64,000 nucleotides of DNA, from positions 256,001 through 320,000 of the forward strand of contig CAXXMR010000013.1 of the NCBI GenBank assembly GCA_963663805.2. The letters run 5' to 3'. The notes under the pieces were generated by a model, which was not told the origin of the DNA, made no database searches, and was given only the letters and a program-made list of their open reading frames with translations. The DNA is from Sedimentisphaerales bacterium. GTDB lineage: Bacteria > Planctomycetota > Phycisphaerae > Sedimentisphaerales > SM23-30. Every line of letters starts with the position of its first letter. Position 1 is the stretch's first letter. This document shows, piece after piece, positions 10,283-20,764 of this stretch. Position numbers and translations under genes: made by a program.

Positions 10283-11032
10283 TTGTTTATGGATATGGTA
10301 CTGCTGGAAAGTCGAGCTTTGGAGAAGTCCTATTCGGGCCGGAAGGTCGTGGATGGGGCCTCGATTCTTGTGCATGAGCACGAGATAGTGGGTCTGCTCG
10401 GCCGTAACGGTGCCGGGAAAACCACTACCTTTCGGATGACCATCGGTATGATAGTGCCGGATGCCGGCCAGGTGATTTTTGAGGGGCGTGATATTACGCG
10501 TATGCCGATGTTTCGCCGGGCTCAACATGGGATGGGGTATCTTTCGCAGGAGCCGAGTGTTTTTCAGCGTTTGACGGTGGAGCAAAATCTGCTGGCGATT
10601 CTGGAGACGATGAGCCTTACGCGGAAGAACCGGCATAAGCGGGCCGAGGAACTAATCGCGCAGTTCGGTTTGACGAAAGTTAAGAACAGTCAGGCCCGTG
10701 TGTTGTCCGGGGGCGAAAGACGTAAACTTGAAATCGCCCGCGCTCTGGTGACGAATCCTTCGGTGATTCTGCTGGATGAGCCGTTCAGCGGGGTGGACCC
10801 AATTGCGGTTGAGGATTTGCAGCGGGAAATCCGGGCTTTGCAGGAACGCGGGATAAGTATTCTGATAACTGACCATAATGTGGAACGAACGCTGGAAGTT
10901 TGTTCGCACGCTTATATAATAAATGAAGGTAAGGTGCTGGCTTACGGTCGGCCGAAAGACCTTATCAAGAACGAGCAGGTTCGCAAGACTTACCTCGGCC
11001 AGACGTTCAAAGGTGATGAGTTTGACCATTAA
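10283..11032 (+). CDS. lptB: LPS export ABC transporter ATP-binding protein
   Basis: GLLGRNGAGKTT, GYLSQEPSVF, LSGGERRKLEIARAL, LLDEPFSGVDP, ITDHNV. Confidence 0.92.
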   Translation: MFMDMVLLESRALEKSYSGRKVVDGASILVHEHEIVGLLGRNGAGKTTTFRMTIGMIVPDAGQVIFEGRDITRMPMFRRAQHGMGYLSQEPSVFQRLTVEQNLLAILETMSLTRKNRHKRAEELIAQFGLTKVKNSQARVLSGGERRKLEIARALVTNPSVILLDEPFSGVDPIAVEDLQREIRALQERGISILITDHNVERTLEVCSHAYIINEGKVLAYGRPKDLIKNEQVRKTYLGQTFKGDEFDH

Positions 11033-11053
11033 CTGACAGGACCACAGCGGCCT

Positions 11054-11917
11054 ATGCTGCACGAAATCGAAGCCTATCTCCAATATGTGTATGCTTCCCA
11101 TGACCCGTTGCGGATAATGGTTGAGCTGCTGCTTATCGGTTTTGTTATCTATTCGGTTTTGCGTTTTCTGCAGGGGACCGGCGGCGAGAAGCTGTTCAAC
11201 GGTCTGGTTCTGGTAGTCATGGGTTTTCTGGTATTGAAGCTTTTGACCACCAAGTTTCAGTTGGAGCGTATTGATCTTATCAGTAAGTATTTTCTGGTAG
11301 GTGTGCTTTTGGTGGCGATTGTGGCTTTTCAGCCGGAATTACGGCGGGGGCTTATGCGTTTGGGGGGCACTACATTCAGTCATAACGCTGCGCCGGAGAT
11401 GGCTGCGATTATCGAGCATGTTGTCGATGCGGCAGCGATGCTGAGTCGCAAGCAGATTGGGGCGTTGATAGCTTTTGAACGTAAGGTTGGTTTAACGGAC
11501 CGGGTTGCTTTGGGTACTGAAATTGATGGTCTGGTTACGGAAGATATGCTCGGCACGATTTTCTGGCCAGGTTCGCCTCTGCACGATATGGGGGTTATTA
11601 TTCGCAAGGGTCGTCTGGCGGCGGCGGGTGTTCAGTTTCCTTTGGCCGAGCATGGTGAATATGACCGCCTGCTGGGTTCGCGGCATCGGGCGGCGATAGG
11701 AATGAGCAAGGAAAGCGACGCGGCGGTTGTGGTTGTCAGTGAGGAGACGGGGCAGATTGCTTTGGCAGTCGATGGCAAACTGACACGTTTTCTTACGCTG
11801 GAACAGCTTCGTCAGCAGCTTTTGGATTTGATGCTGCCGCTGGTGGCTGATAAGAAAGGTCTGAAAGTCGAGAGCCGGGAAGAAAAAGTCAGCAAAGATG
11901 GGGAGGAGCAGGCATAA
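11054..11917 (+). CDS. cdaA: Diadenylate cyclase CdaA (DisA_N domain)
   Basis: N-terminal TM helices, FQPELRRGL, SPLHD, GSRHRAAIG, VVSEETG. Confidence 0.88.
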   Translation: MLHEIEAYLQYVYASHDPLRIMVELLLIGFVIYSVLRFLQGTGGEKLFNGLVLVVMGFLVLKLLTTKFQLERIDLISKYFLVGVLLVAIVAFQPELRRGLMRLGGTTFSHNAAPEMAAIIEHVVDAAAMLSRKQIGALIAFERKVGLTDRVALGTEIDGLVTEDMLGTIFWPGSPLHDMGVIIRKGRLAAAGVQFPLAEHGEYDRLLGSRHRAAIGMSKESDAAVVVVSEETGQIALAVDGKLTRFLTLEQLRQQLLDLMLPLVADKKGLKVESREEKVSKDGEEQA

Positions 11918-13015
11918 ATGTGGGCAAAGGTTAAACTGGCAATCGCGGTTGTGATTTTGAGCGGTCTGGTCTGGATTTTCGCGGAGCGGGCTCAGATACA
12001 AAACACGACAATTACGGTGGATTTGGTTCTGGTTGAGTCGCGCAGTGATTTGTTTGTACAGTTTCTCGACCAGTCGGGTGATATTCTTGTTTCGGACGGC
12101 ACGCCCGGTCAGCAGCGTCATTTGAGTATGCGTCTGACGGTTCAGGGGCCGGCGGGTCGAATCCAGCAGGTCAGGCCCGACCAGAACAGTATAACGCCGG
12201 TAATTCTGCTGGATGTTCAGAATTTCAAAGGGTTGGAAATATCGCCGGATGTTCAGGAATACAGTTTTAACATAATTGAATATCTCAATGAGCGGCGGTG
12301 GTTCGATAAGGACTATTTGCAGGTTATCGAGGTTGAACCCATGGAGGTGATTCGGATACGTTCCACCCGGCGGGTTGAGCGTCAGCTGCCGGTAGTGGTG
12401 CGTTCGGAACTGGGGGCGGAGTTTTCCCAAGCGGTTGTCGACCCTCAGATTATTACCGCTCATATCCTGCCGGAGCAGCCCCTGGAGGCATCGGTTATCC
12501 TCACTGAAGAACAACGGCGTGAGGCAGCCCAGCAGGCAATTTCCGTTGTCGCTCGAATTACCGCGCCTGGTGTGCCCGAAAAAGTGAATGTTACGGTTCG
12601 CCTGCCGGAAACCACGGCGATTTGGCCCGAAGACGAAATCAAAACCCCCAATCTTGGTATTATTATGCCGCTTTCGATGGTTGGCAAATATCAGGTAGAA
12701 GTAGAGGATATTCAGGCCCTACTGGATGAATACAGCCCGGTTCGCTTTCAGGGTGCCGCTGAAGCTGTCAATGAGTATCGTTCCCAGAGGTACCACCTTC
12801 TGCTGGAAATCGACGAAAAGGACCGTGACCAGGTTGACCCGCCGCCCAGTCGTCGTTTGTCGTACAATCTGCCGCCGGGCACTGCCAATATCAAGATAAT
12901 CAATCCGGTGACGACCGCGGCGAGGTTCCATGTGCAAAAGACCGGCCCGTTGAGTGGGAAAAGGGCGTCGGACACCTATGAGGAGTTAAAGTTGTTTGGG
13001 GTGAATGTCCGATAA
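11918..13015 (+). CDS. Membrane-anchored protein, possibly CdaR/YbbR-like
   Basis: N-terminal anchor ending LVWIFA, beta-rich ectodomain, directly downstream of cdaA. Confidence 0.5.
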   Translation: MWAKVKLAIAVVILSGLVWIFAERAQIQNTTITVDLVLVESRSDLFVQFLDQSGDILVSDGTPGQQRHLSMRLTVQGPAGRIQQVRPDQNSITPVILLDVQNFKGLEISPDVQEYSFNIIEYLNERRWFDKDYLQVIEVEPMEVIRIRSTRRVERQLPVVVRSELGAEFSQAVVDPQIITAHILPEQPLEASVILTEEQRREAAQQAISVVARITAPGVPEKVNVTVRLPETTAIWPEDEIKTPNLGIIMPLSMVGKYQVEVEDIQALLDEYSPVRFQGAAEAVNEYRSQRYHLLLEIDEKDRDQVDPPPSRRLSYNLPPGTANIKIINPVTTAARFHVQKTGPLSGKRASDTYEELKLFGVNVR

Positions 13016-13078
13016 TTGTTGCAGTATCGCGCTATGACCGCGCGTTTGGAATTGCTGTATATGGAGATATAGTCATTT

Positions 13079-14104
13079 ATGGCTGATGTTCTTGACCAGT
13101 CAGAAGTAGATGCCCTGTTAAATGCCGTTGCCGACGGTGATTTGGGAGGGGGTTCCGACGAAGTTGATACCGGAGGTTTTGGCCCGTCCGAGACAACTGC
13201 TGTCAAGGCTGAGATTCACAATTACGATTTCAAACGGCCTGAGCGTGTCAGCAAAGACCAGCAGTTGGCTTTGGAAGGTCTGCATGAGCGTTTTGCCCGT
13301 AATTTTGGGGCTGCCCTGAGCGGTTATCTGCGTACGATTATCGAGGTCAAGATTCGCAGTACGGAACAATTGACCTACGCTGAGTTTACGTATTCGCTGC
13401 CGACGCCGACATCTTTTACGCTTTTGCAGGCTTCGGCGTTGGATGGTCAGATATGTCTGGAAATCAGCCCTCTGATAATTTACCCGATTATCGACCGTAT
13501 GCTGGGCGGCTCGAACGCGGAACTTTATATTCCTCAGCGTCCCTTAACTCAGATTGAGCAGCGTCTGGCTAATCGTATAATCGAGCGTGCCCTGGATACT
13601 CTGGCTGAGGCCTGGAGTAATGTCGCTGATGTTGAGTTTGAGGTTATGCAGCATGAGTCTAACCCGCAACTGGTGCAGATTGTCGCGCCGAATGAAGTTG
13701 TGGTTGTTATTGGTTTTGAGATTAAGATGGGCAACCGGGCCGGCTCGATGAGTTTGTGTATACCTTTTAACGTGATTGAGCCGGTTATGGGCAGGCTGAC
13801 CAGCCAGAACTGGTTTAACTACTCACGTTCGCCGGGCGATGCCGAGCAGCGTCGTGAGTCCATGCTCGAAAATCTCTCTGATGCCAAACTTAAATGCCGC
13901 AGCTATCTAGCCCAGACCTCCATCAAGATGAGTGAGCTGGTGGCTTTGGAAATCGGCGATGTTATCAAGACCAAAAAAGAGCCCTGCGATGACCTTATTT
14001 TTGAGATTGAGGGCAAAAACAAGTTTGCCGGCAAAATAGGGCAATTCCGAGGCCATCGAGCCTTCAAGGTTGTTCGTAACGCTGAGCCGGGCGAGAAAAT
14101 CTAG
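13079..14104 (+). CDS. fliM: Flagellar motor switch protein FliM
   Basis: VLDQSEVDALL N-terminus, YDFKRPERVSKDQ, ESNPQLVQIV, C-terminal SpoA-like domain. Confidence 0.95.
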   Translation: MADVLDQSEVDALLNAVADGDLGGGSDEVDTGGFGPSETTAVKAEIHNYDFKRPERVSKDQQLALEGLHERFARNFGAALSGYLRTIIEVKIRSTEQLTYAEFTYSLPTPTSFTLLQASALDGQICLEISPLIIYPIIDRMLGGSNAELYIPQRPLTQIEQRLANRIIERALDTLAEAWSNVADVEFEVMQHESNPQLVQIVAPNEVVVVIGFEIKMGNRAGSMSLCIPFNVIEPVMGRLTSQNWFNYSRSPGDAEQRRESMLENLSDAKLKCRSYLAQTSIKMSELVALEIGDVIKTKKEPCDDLIFEIEGKNKFAGKIGQFRGHRAFKVVRNAEPGEKI

Positions 14105-14163
14105 GCGGGGCGATTGGTCGCATTTTTCTTGCGATATATCCTGGATGACGCTACCAAAGGGTT

Positions 14164-15084
14164 ATGAAAAAGTGGAATTACATAACCCCTGCGATTATCC
14201 TTTTGGCGGTGGGGATTTATTATCTGCCCGGTATTTTTGAGCGGCCTGAAAGCTCTCCGGCTGAGCCGGTGAAACCTGTTCAACTGCCCCAGCGGGTTGT
14301 TTGTGTCAATCCTGCCGCTACGGAGATTATTTTTGCGTTGGGCCGTGAAGATAAACTTATCGCGGTAAGTGATTACTGTGACTATCCGGCGGCGACCAGT
14401 GACTTTCCCCATGTCGGCGGTGCCCTTAACCCAAATTTTGAGCGTATCAGCGTTCTGGAACCAGACCTGATAATCATTCAGGGGCAGGCGGATGAGATAA
14501 GCGAATACTGCCGACTTAAGCAGATTGATTGCATGTCAGTTAATCTTCGTGACCTGAAGGAAATTTACTCGGAAATTCCTCGTTTGGGCCAGCGGCTGGG
14601 TTGTGCCGAGGTCGCCCAGAAACTCGCCGACAATATTTGGGCGGAGCTTGAGAAGGTGAAGTCTGAAACTTCGTCGGTGTCCCAAAAGAAAGTTTTCTTT
14701 TCCATGTATCGTACCGCTGGTTCGTTGGCGGGCATTACTACCATCGGGCCGGGTACGCTGATTAATGAGCTTATCGAAATTGCCGGCGGGACGAATATTT
14801 TCGCCGACCTGGACCAGAGCTATCCGGTGATTTCCAAGGAAACCCTGCTCAAGCGTCAGCCCGATATTATTATCGAATCGTATTCCAGTGACGCCGGCGG
14901 CTTGCCTGGAAATGAACAGGTTTTACGCGACTGGTCAAAGCTCGATATGTTAAATGCGGCCAAGGATAAAAAAGTTTATGTGGTTGACGGCGATGTGGTT
15001 CTCAAACCCGGACCGCGAATTACTCAGGCGGCTCAAATTTTGGCCCGCATAATTCATCCTGAGCTTTACGGCGAACAGGAATGA
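14164..15084 (+). CDS. BtuF-like cobalamin/Fe-siderophore ABC substrate-binding protein
   Basis: PQRVVCVNPAATEIIFALG, PNFERISVLEPDLII, PGPR. Confidence 0.85.
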   Translation: MKKWNYITPAIILLAVGIYYLPGIFERPESSPAEPVKPVQLPQRVVCVNPAATEIIFALGREDKLIAVSDYCDYPAATSDFPHVGGALNPNFERISVLEPDLIIIQGQADEISEYCRLKQIDCMSVNLRDLKEIYSEIPRLGQRLGCAEVAQKLADNIWAELEKVKSETSSVSQKKVFFSMYRTAGSLAGITTIGPGTLINELIEIAGGTNIFADLDQSYPVISKETLLKRQPDIIIESYSSDAGGLPGNEQVLRDWSKLDMLNAAKDKKVYVVDGDVVLKPGPRITQAAQILARIIHPELYGEQE

Positions 15085-15108
15085 TATTACCAGGAGTCAC
15101 ATTCAAAT

Positions 15109-16119
15109 ATGACAATTCCTAAGCATAGAACACGTTTTGGCACAATTTATCTCTATTTGCTTTTTGCTGGGTTAGCGATTGTTTTGTGTCCTCTTACCGG
15201 TGCCGAGTCACTGGACACCGCGACTATTGTTCAGGATTTAAGGGACGGGCAGATAAGTTCGATTGATACCGATATTTTTGTTTATCAGAGGCTGCCCCGT
15301 GTGCTGCTGGCTTTTATTACCGGTGCGGTTTTGGCGGCGGCGGGTAATACGTTTCAGATTATTTTACGAAATCCCCTGGCAACTCCTTATACACTCGGGG
15401 TGACCGGGGGGGCTTCGGTAGGGGCTTACTTGGCCATTGCGTTTCCGGTTCTGAGTTTTCAGTTTGGCAAAATCAGTTCGGTTCAGCTCATGTCAATCGT
15501 TGGTGCCGGCGCGATTGTCGCTTTGATTTATGTTTCCTCGCGTCGCAAGGGTGGGTTGTCGATGTTTACGATGCTTTTGGCGGGGGTGACCATCAGTATA
15601 ATGTGTGGTGCGTTTATTATTCTCATTCGCTATCTGACCAGGCCGCATCTGCTGGTTTCGCTTGACCGCTGGACGATGGGGCGGCTGGATACCGTCGGTT
15701 ACGATGTTTTTTATTCCATTATGCCCCTGGCGGTGCTTGGTCTGGTGATGATAGTTCTGCAAATTCGCAGTTTGAATAATATTTCGCTGGGCGAAGAGAT
15801 GGCCCTGGGTCACGGTGTTGATGTGGCCGCTGTACAGCGTTACTGTTTTATCGGCGGGTCTATCGCGACTGCCGCGGTGGTTTCAGCTGCCGGGCCGATA
15901 GGGTTTATTGGTTTGATTGCCCCGCATATCGTTCGGAAAATTTCCGGCTTTGACAATCGAATCGTAATGCCGGGTTGTTTCTGTGTGGGTGGTGCTTTTC
16001 TGGTTTGTGCCGACGCTTTGGCCCGGACGGTAATAGCACCCACGGAAATCCCCGTTGGGGTGATTACTGCTCTTGTTGGCGGCCCGTGCTTTATCTATCT
16101 GCTGGTCAAGAAAGATTGA
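15109..16119 (+). CDS. FecCD/BtuC family ABC permease
   Basis: RLPRVLLA, RNPLATPYTLG, GPIGFIGLIAPH, EIPVGVITALVGGP. Confidence 0.92.
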   Translation: MTIPKHRTRFGTIYLYLLFAGLAIVLCPLTGAESLDTATIVQDLRDGQISSIDTDIFVYQRLPRVLLAFITGAVLAAAGNTFQIILRNPLATPYTLGVTGGASVGAYLAIAFPVLSFQFGKISSVQLMSIVGAGAIVALIYVSSRRKGGLSMFTMLLAGVTISIMCGAFIILIRYLTRPHLLVSLDRWTMGRLDTVGYDVFYSIMPLAVLGLVMIVLQIRSLNNISLGEEMALGHGVDVAAVQRYCFIGGSIATAAVVSAAGPIGFIGLIAPHIVRKISGFDNRIVMPGCFCVGGAFLVCADALARTVIAPTEIPVGVITALVGGPCFIYLLVKKD

Positions 16120-16129
16120 CCGAACTGGT

Positions 16130-18045
16130 TCAGCGATTCCGCATAATCTTATACCAGCTCCAAATTTTAAACGCCGGGGCCGGTGTCATAAGTTGTAACT
16201 GTGCCCGGTTCCACCCTCGTATCTGTGTCTGTCCCGGATTATTCGAAAAATGACTGTTGAAACAATCGGGATACGTCCACACCCCAATATACTGATAGCC
16301 ATATTTGTCAAATCGTTTCATTAGTGAAGTCGCCGCCCAGACTTCCAGTGCTTTATCGTGTTGACCCAGTTCCGCCAGTGCCATTGCGAACCAGTCGCAC
16401 GTTTGCGGCCAAATCCCCGCGTTCTCACCCTCGCCGGTCGGAATCTGACAATGGCTGAAATGCTCCGGCAACTCTTCCGGATAAGCTTTCGACATCAGCA
16501 TCAGGCCCGCCGCCGAATCACATTCCCGCAAAGCGTTATTTGTCGCCATGTCCCACTTTTCCCTATCACCGCAGCGGCCCAGGACCGCCATACTCTGAGC
16601 GTTCAGGAACAGCCGGTCATCTTCGCTGCCGACCACCTGCCCATTATCCGCATAAGCCCGTGTGAACCATTTCTCATCGAAACATTTATCTACCGCCTGC
16701 CGGGCCGCATTGATTTCCCTCGCCACAAATTTCTTAAACTCGGCATCGTCGTCTCTCAAGACCACATCAAGCACCCTCTGCCAACTGTAAGCCAGTAATT
16801 CCGAATTCATAACCGACTCGCCGCGTCCCTGTTTACCCAGTGCGTTTAGATAATCATTCCAATCACCCTTGGCCATCAGCAGCAAACCACGCTCACCCTT
16901 ACCCAGCACCTCAACACTATGTCGCATCGACCATTTCAGGCGCTCATAGACCGTTGCCTGCCGCCCACCTCTGCCTCTGAGATTGCAATCCAGAATACCC
17001 GCGTCCCCGGTTATTTCTATATATTCCGCCAATGCCAACCCCAGCCACAATTCCGTATCACTGTCATGCGGCTCATTTGCGGTTTCGTAATCCATTTCGC
17101 AGGCTTTTTTTTGCCCCACAGTAATCCACTTATCCAGCCCGCCATTTTTATACTGCTCCGTAAAAGCATACAGAATCCCTTCGCACGCGACTTCTTTGTC
17201 AAGTGGTGCGATACAAAACGCGTGCTCGATTATGTCCCTCAGATTATGATTCATATATCGCGGTCGAGTCAGGTCCAGACAGTAAATTCCGCCAATCCCC
17301 GGAAAACGATAGCCCTTCAACTCATCGTAAAGCACCCATGCCATAAGCTGATAACTGTCCCATAATAATTCATCCCGCACCCATTTTTCTTGCCCGCTTC
17401 CGGCAACTTTCAGACCCGGCTGGGCATAGGATATTACGGCTTTTTGCCAATCGCACTGGTCTATCTTTTTTGGCAGCTCATCCTGGTTATCCAGCGTGTA
17501 AGTAAAAATCAGCGTTTGTTTCACTGTTTCGCCCGTTTTTAGGTTGAGCCCGTTGTTTTTTGTCTCGGTCCAGTTTTTTCCTGCTTGGCCGGAAAAAAGT
17601 TTGGCTTCATTTTCCTGCACATCAGAAACAGTCGGTTCTGTCGCGGCGAGTTCAACTTCCATATCAACCGTCGCGGTAAGTTGCAGCTCCAGATAGATAT
17701 TTCTTTCAAACTCATAAGGCGCGTAAATTGTCTCGACCCACGCTTAGGTTTTCCGAAGTCCGTTCCTGTTGCGTATAGCCTATCCCAAAACGGATTTTTA
17801 CGCTCGAACCCAACTCCAGCTTTTCGCCCCCGCAACGCAGCTCGTACAGTTCCGCCGCTTCGGTATTAAACAGCAGTGTGCCCCGGTCGGCGGTATAAAA
17901 AACGAACCTTACCCCACTGATTAACCAGCCCCTTAAACCGTTGGCTGCCCACCAGGTGAAAATATTCCTGCTCACCTTTATCCGCCAAATCAAACGTCGG
18001 ATACCCTAACTCGTCATATTCCCAGTTGCCTACTTTTGTTGTCAT
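16130..18045 (-). CDS. GH94/GH36-like glycoside phosphorylase-type protein; 5' part split by about 2 frameshifts
   Basis: GDWNDYLN, GESVMN, LFLNAQS, GEGENAGIW motifs in ORF 16130-17662; frame traces upstream through 17712-17993 to an ATG at 18045 (MTTKVGNW) with a GGAG RBS. Confidence 0.65.
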
Positions 18046-18316
18046 GGTTTTTTTCTCCAGTTTTTCGGCGGCTAATATAAACTCTCACTTTATATTAGCC
18101 GAAGAATTGCGACAGCCGGTTTAATCGATTGTAAGCATGCTCTCTTTAGTGTAAATGGTTTAGGTTGAGTTACCGAAATATTGTCGGAAAACTTTTCAGA
18201 TGGAGATTCTGTTTGAACAATTTTGAATTTATATACAGATTTCCCTGCAATCATAGTACCCAAACAATAGCGGGAATCGCCTACGCCCCGATTCGATAAT
18301 CTTGATGCTCAGATAA

Positions 18317-19313
<997 letters not shown>

Positions 19314-19414
19314 ATCAGACACGCTACTACCTCCGGCACTTGCCAAAAAATTAAGCGACAGGACAGGCCAAACCTATCCTGCCGCTATTCATAATCTTTG
19401 TTCTTTTCAGATGC

Positions 19415-19770
19415 TTACAGGGCCGCTTTGGCTGCTTCTACAACCCTTATCGAAGCCCGCGGCGTCATGGATGGCCATTTCCGACAGCATCTTGCGGTTA
19501 ATCATAATCTGAGCCTTTTTCATGCCGTTGATGAATTGGCTGTAGTTGATGTCGCGCATTTGGCAGGCGGCACTGATACGGGTAATCCACAGCGAACGAA
19601 AATCCCGTTTTTTGCGACGACGGTCGCCGGTTGCGTTACACTGAGCCCGAACCAGGGTTTCTTTTACCAGGCGGAGATTTTTGCTCAGCGGTCCCCGATA
19701 ACCCCTGGCGGCCTTGAAAAGGCGTTTTTTTTGATTGATGCCGGGCGGCACCTCTACGTACTCTTGGCAT
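19415..19770 (-). CDS. rplT: 50S ribosomal protein L20, frameshifted in this sequence
   Basis: ATG 19770 reads MPRVRRG; second frame gives AARGYRG, DRRRKKRDFRSLWITRI, INRKMLSEMA; ends EAAKAAL in another frame. Confidence 0.9.
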
Positions 19771-19920
19771 GACAGCTTTTCCTTTCTCAATACACCTGCT
19801 GGCGGCAGCTTCCAGCCGAGAAGCAGGGATTACAAAATGTAATTAGAGCCCCAAAACAACCGAGGCTCTTAAAAGGGAATAAAATCCCTTAAATAACTTA
19901 GTGTTTCCGGCTAATCCGGT

Positions 19921-20117
19921 TTAGACACCCAGCAAAATTCTGGTTTTACGTGCCATTGTGCTCGACATTCCGCAGGTCTTGCCCAGGGCCCGGCGACGTT
20001 TGGGGCTGCGACTGCTGAGCAGATGGCCGCCGAAACGATTTTTTTCCGTTTGATCTTGCCGTTGGAAGATACGCGAATCCGTTTTTTGATACCCTTATGG
20101 GTTTTCATCTTAGGCAT
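19921..20117 (-). CDS. rpmI: 50S ribosomal protein L35, frameshifted in this sequence
   Basis: MPKMKTHKGIKKRIRVSSNGKIKR start; position between infC and rplT. Confidence 0.88.
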
Positions 20118-20169
20118 AATATACAATTCCTGTCTAAAAAATCCTGCCGACCAGGTCAGCTCTTTGTCT

Positions 20170-20700
20170 TTAGTGGCCGCCCATTTTGGCCGGCGCCATT
20201 ATCATTATCATTCTTCGGCCCTGACGTTTAGGGGCCAATTCTATCTTGCCTACATCTTCAAGTGAGGCCGCGATTTCTTCGCAGACCTGTACGCCTCGGT
20301 CTATATGCACCATTTCTCGTCCGCGGAAGAGCATGGTAAATTGCACGCGGTCACCTTTTTCCAGGAACTTGCGGGCCTGGTTCATTTTGACCATCTGGTC
20401 ATGGTCTTCAATCTTGGGTCTCAAACGCACTTCTTTCAGCGTTACATGGTGCTGTTTGACCTTGGCTTTATGGTCTTTTTTCTTCTGGTCGTATTTGAAC
20501 TTACCGTAATCCATAAGCCTGCAAACCGGAGGATTACTGTTCGGTGCGACTTCTACCAGGTCAACACCTGCCTCGCGGGCCATATTCAATGCTTCAAAAG
20601 TGTCTATCACACCAACCTGTTCATTTTCCAGGTCAATTAAACGAACCTGCGGGATTCGTATCTGCTCATTAAGCCTGAGACTTTTCGTAGCTATGGGCAA
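20170..20700 (-). CDS. infC: Translation initiation factor IF-3
   Basis: NEQIRIPQVRLID, DLVEVAP, PPVCRLMDYGKFKY, FRGRE; non-ATG (TTG) start. Confidence 0.96.
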   Translation of the reverse strand: MPIATKSLRLNEQIRIPQVRLIDLENEQVGVIDTFEALNMAREAGVDLVEVAPNSNPPVCRLMDYGKFKYDQKKKDHKAKVKQHHVTLKEVRLRPKIEDHDQMVKMNQARKFLEKGDRVQFTMLFRGREMVHIDRGVQVCEEIAASLEDVGKIELAPKRQGRRMIMIMAPAKMGGH

Positions 20701-20764
20701 CCACCTTCCTTTACCATATTGTTCGTGTTAAGCGGCTCTTAACTCTTTTGCCGCACGGCGATTA

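Noticed and set aside
14105..14163. Cobalamin riboswitch ahead of the BtuF-like gene
   Set aside because: The gap is only about 60 bp and shows no riboswitch consensus
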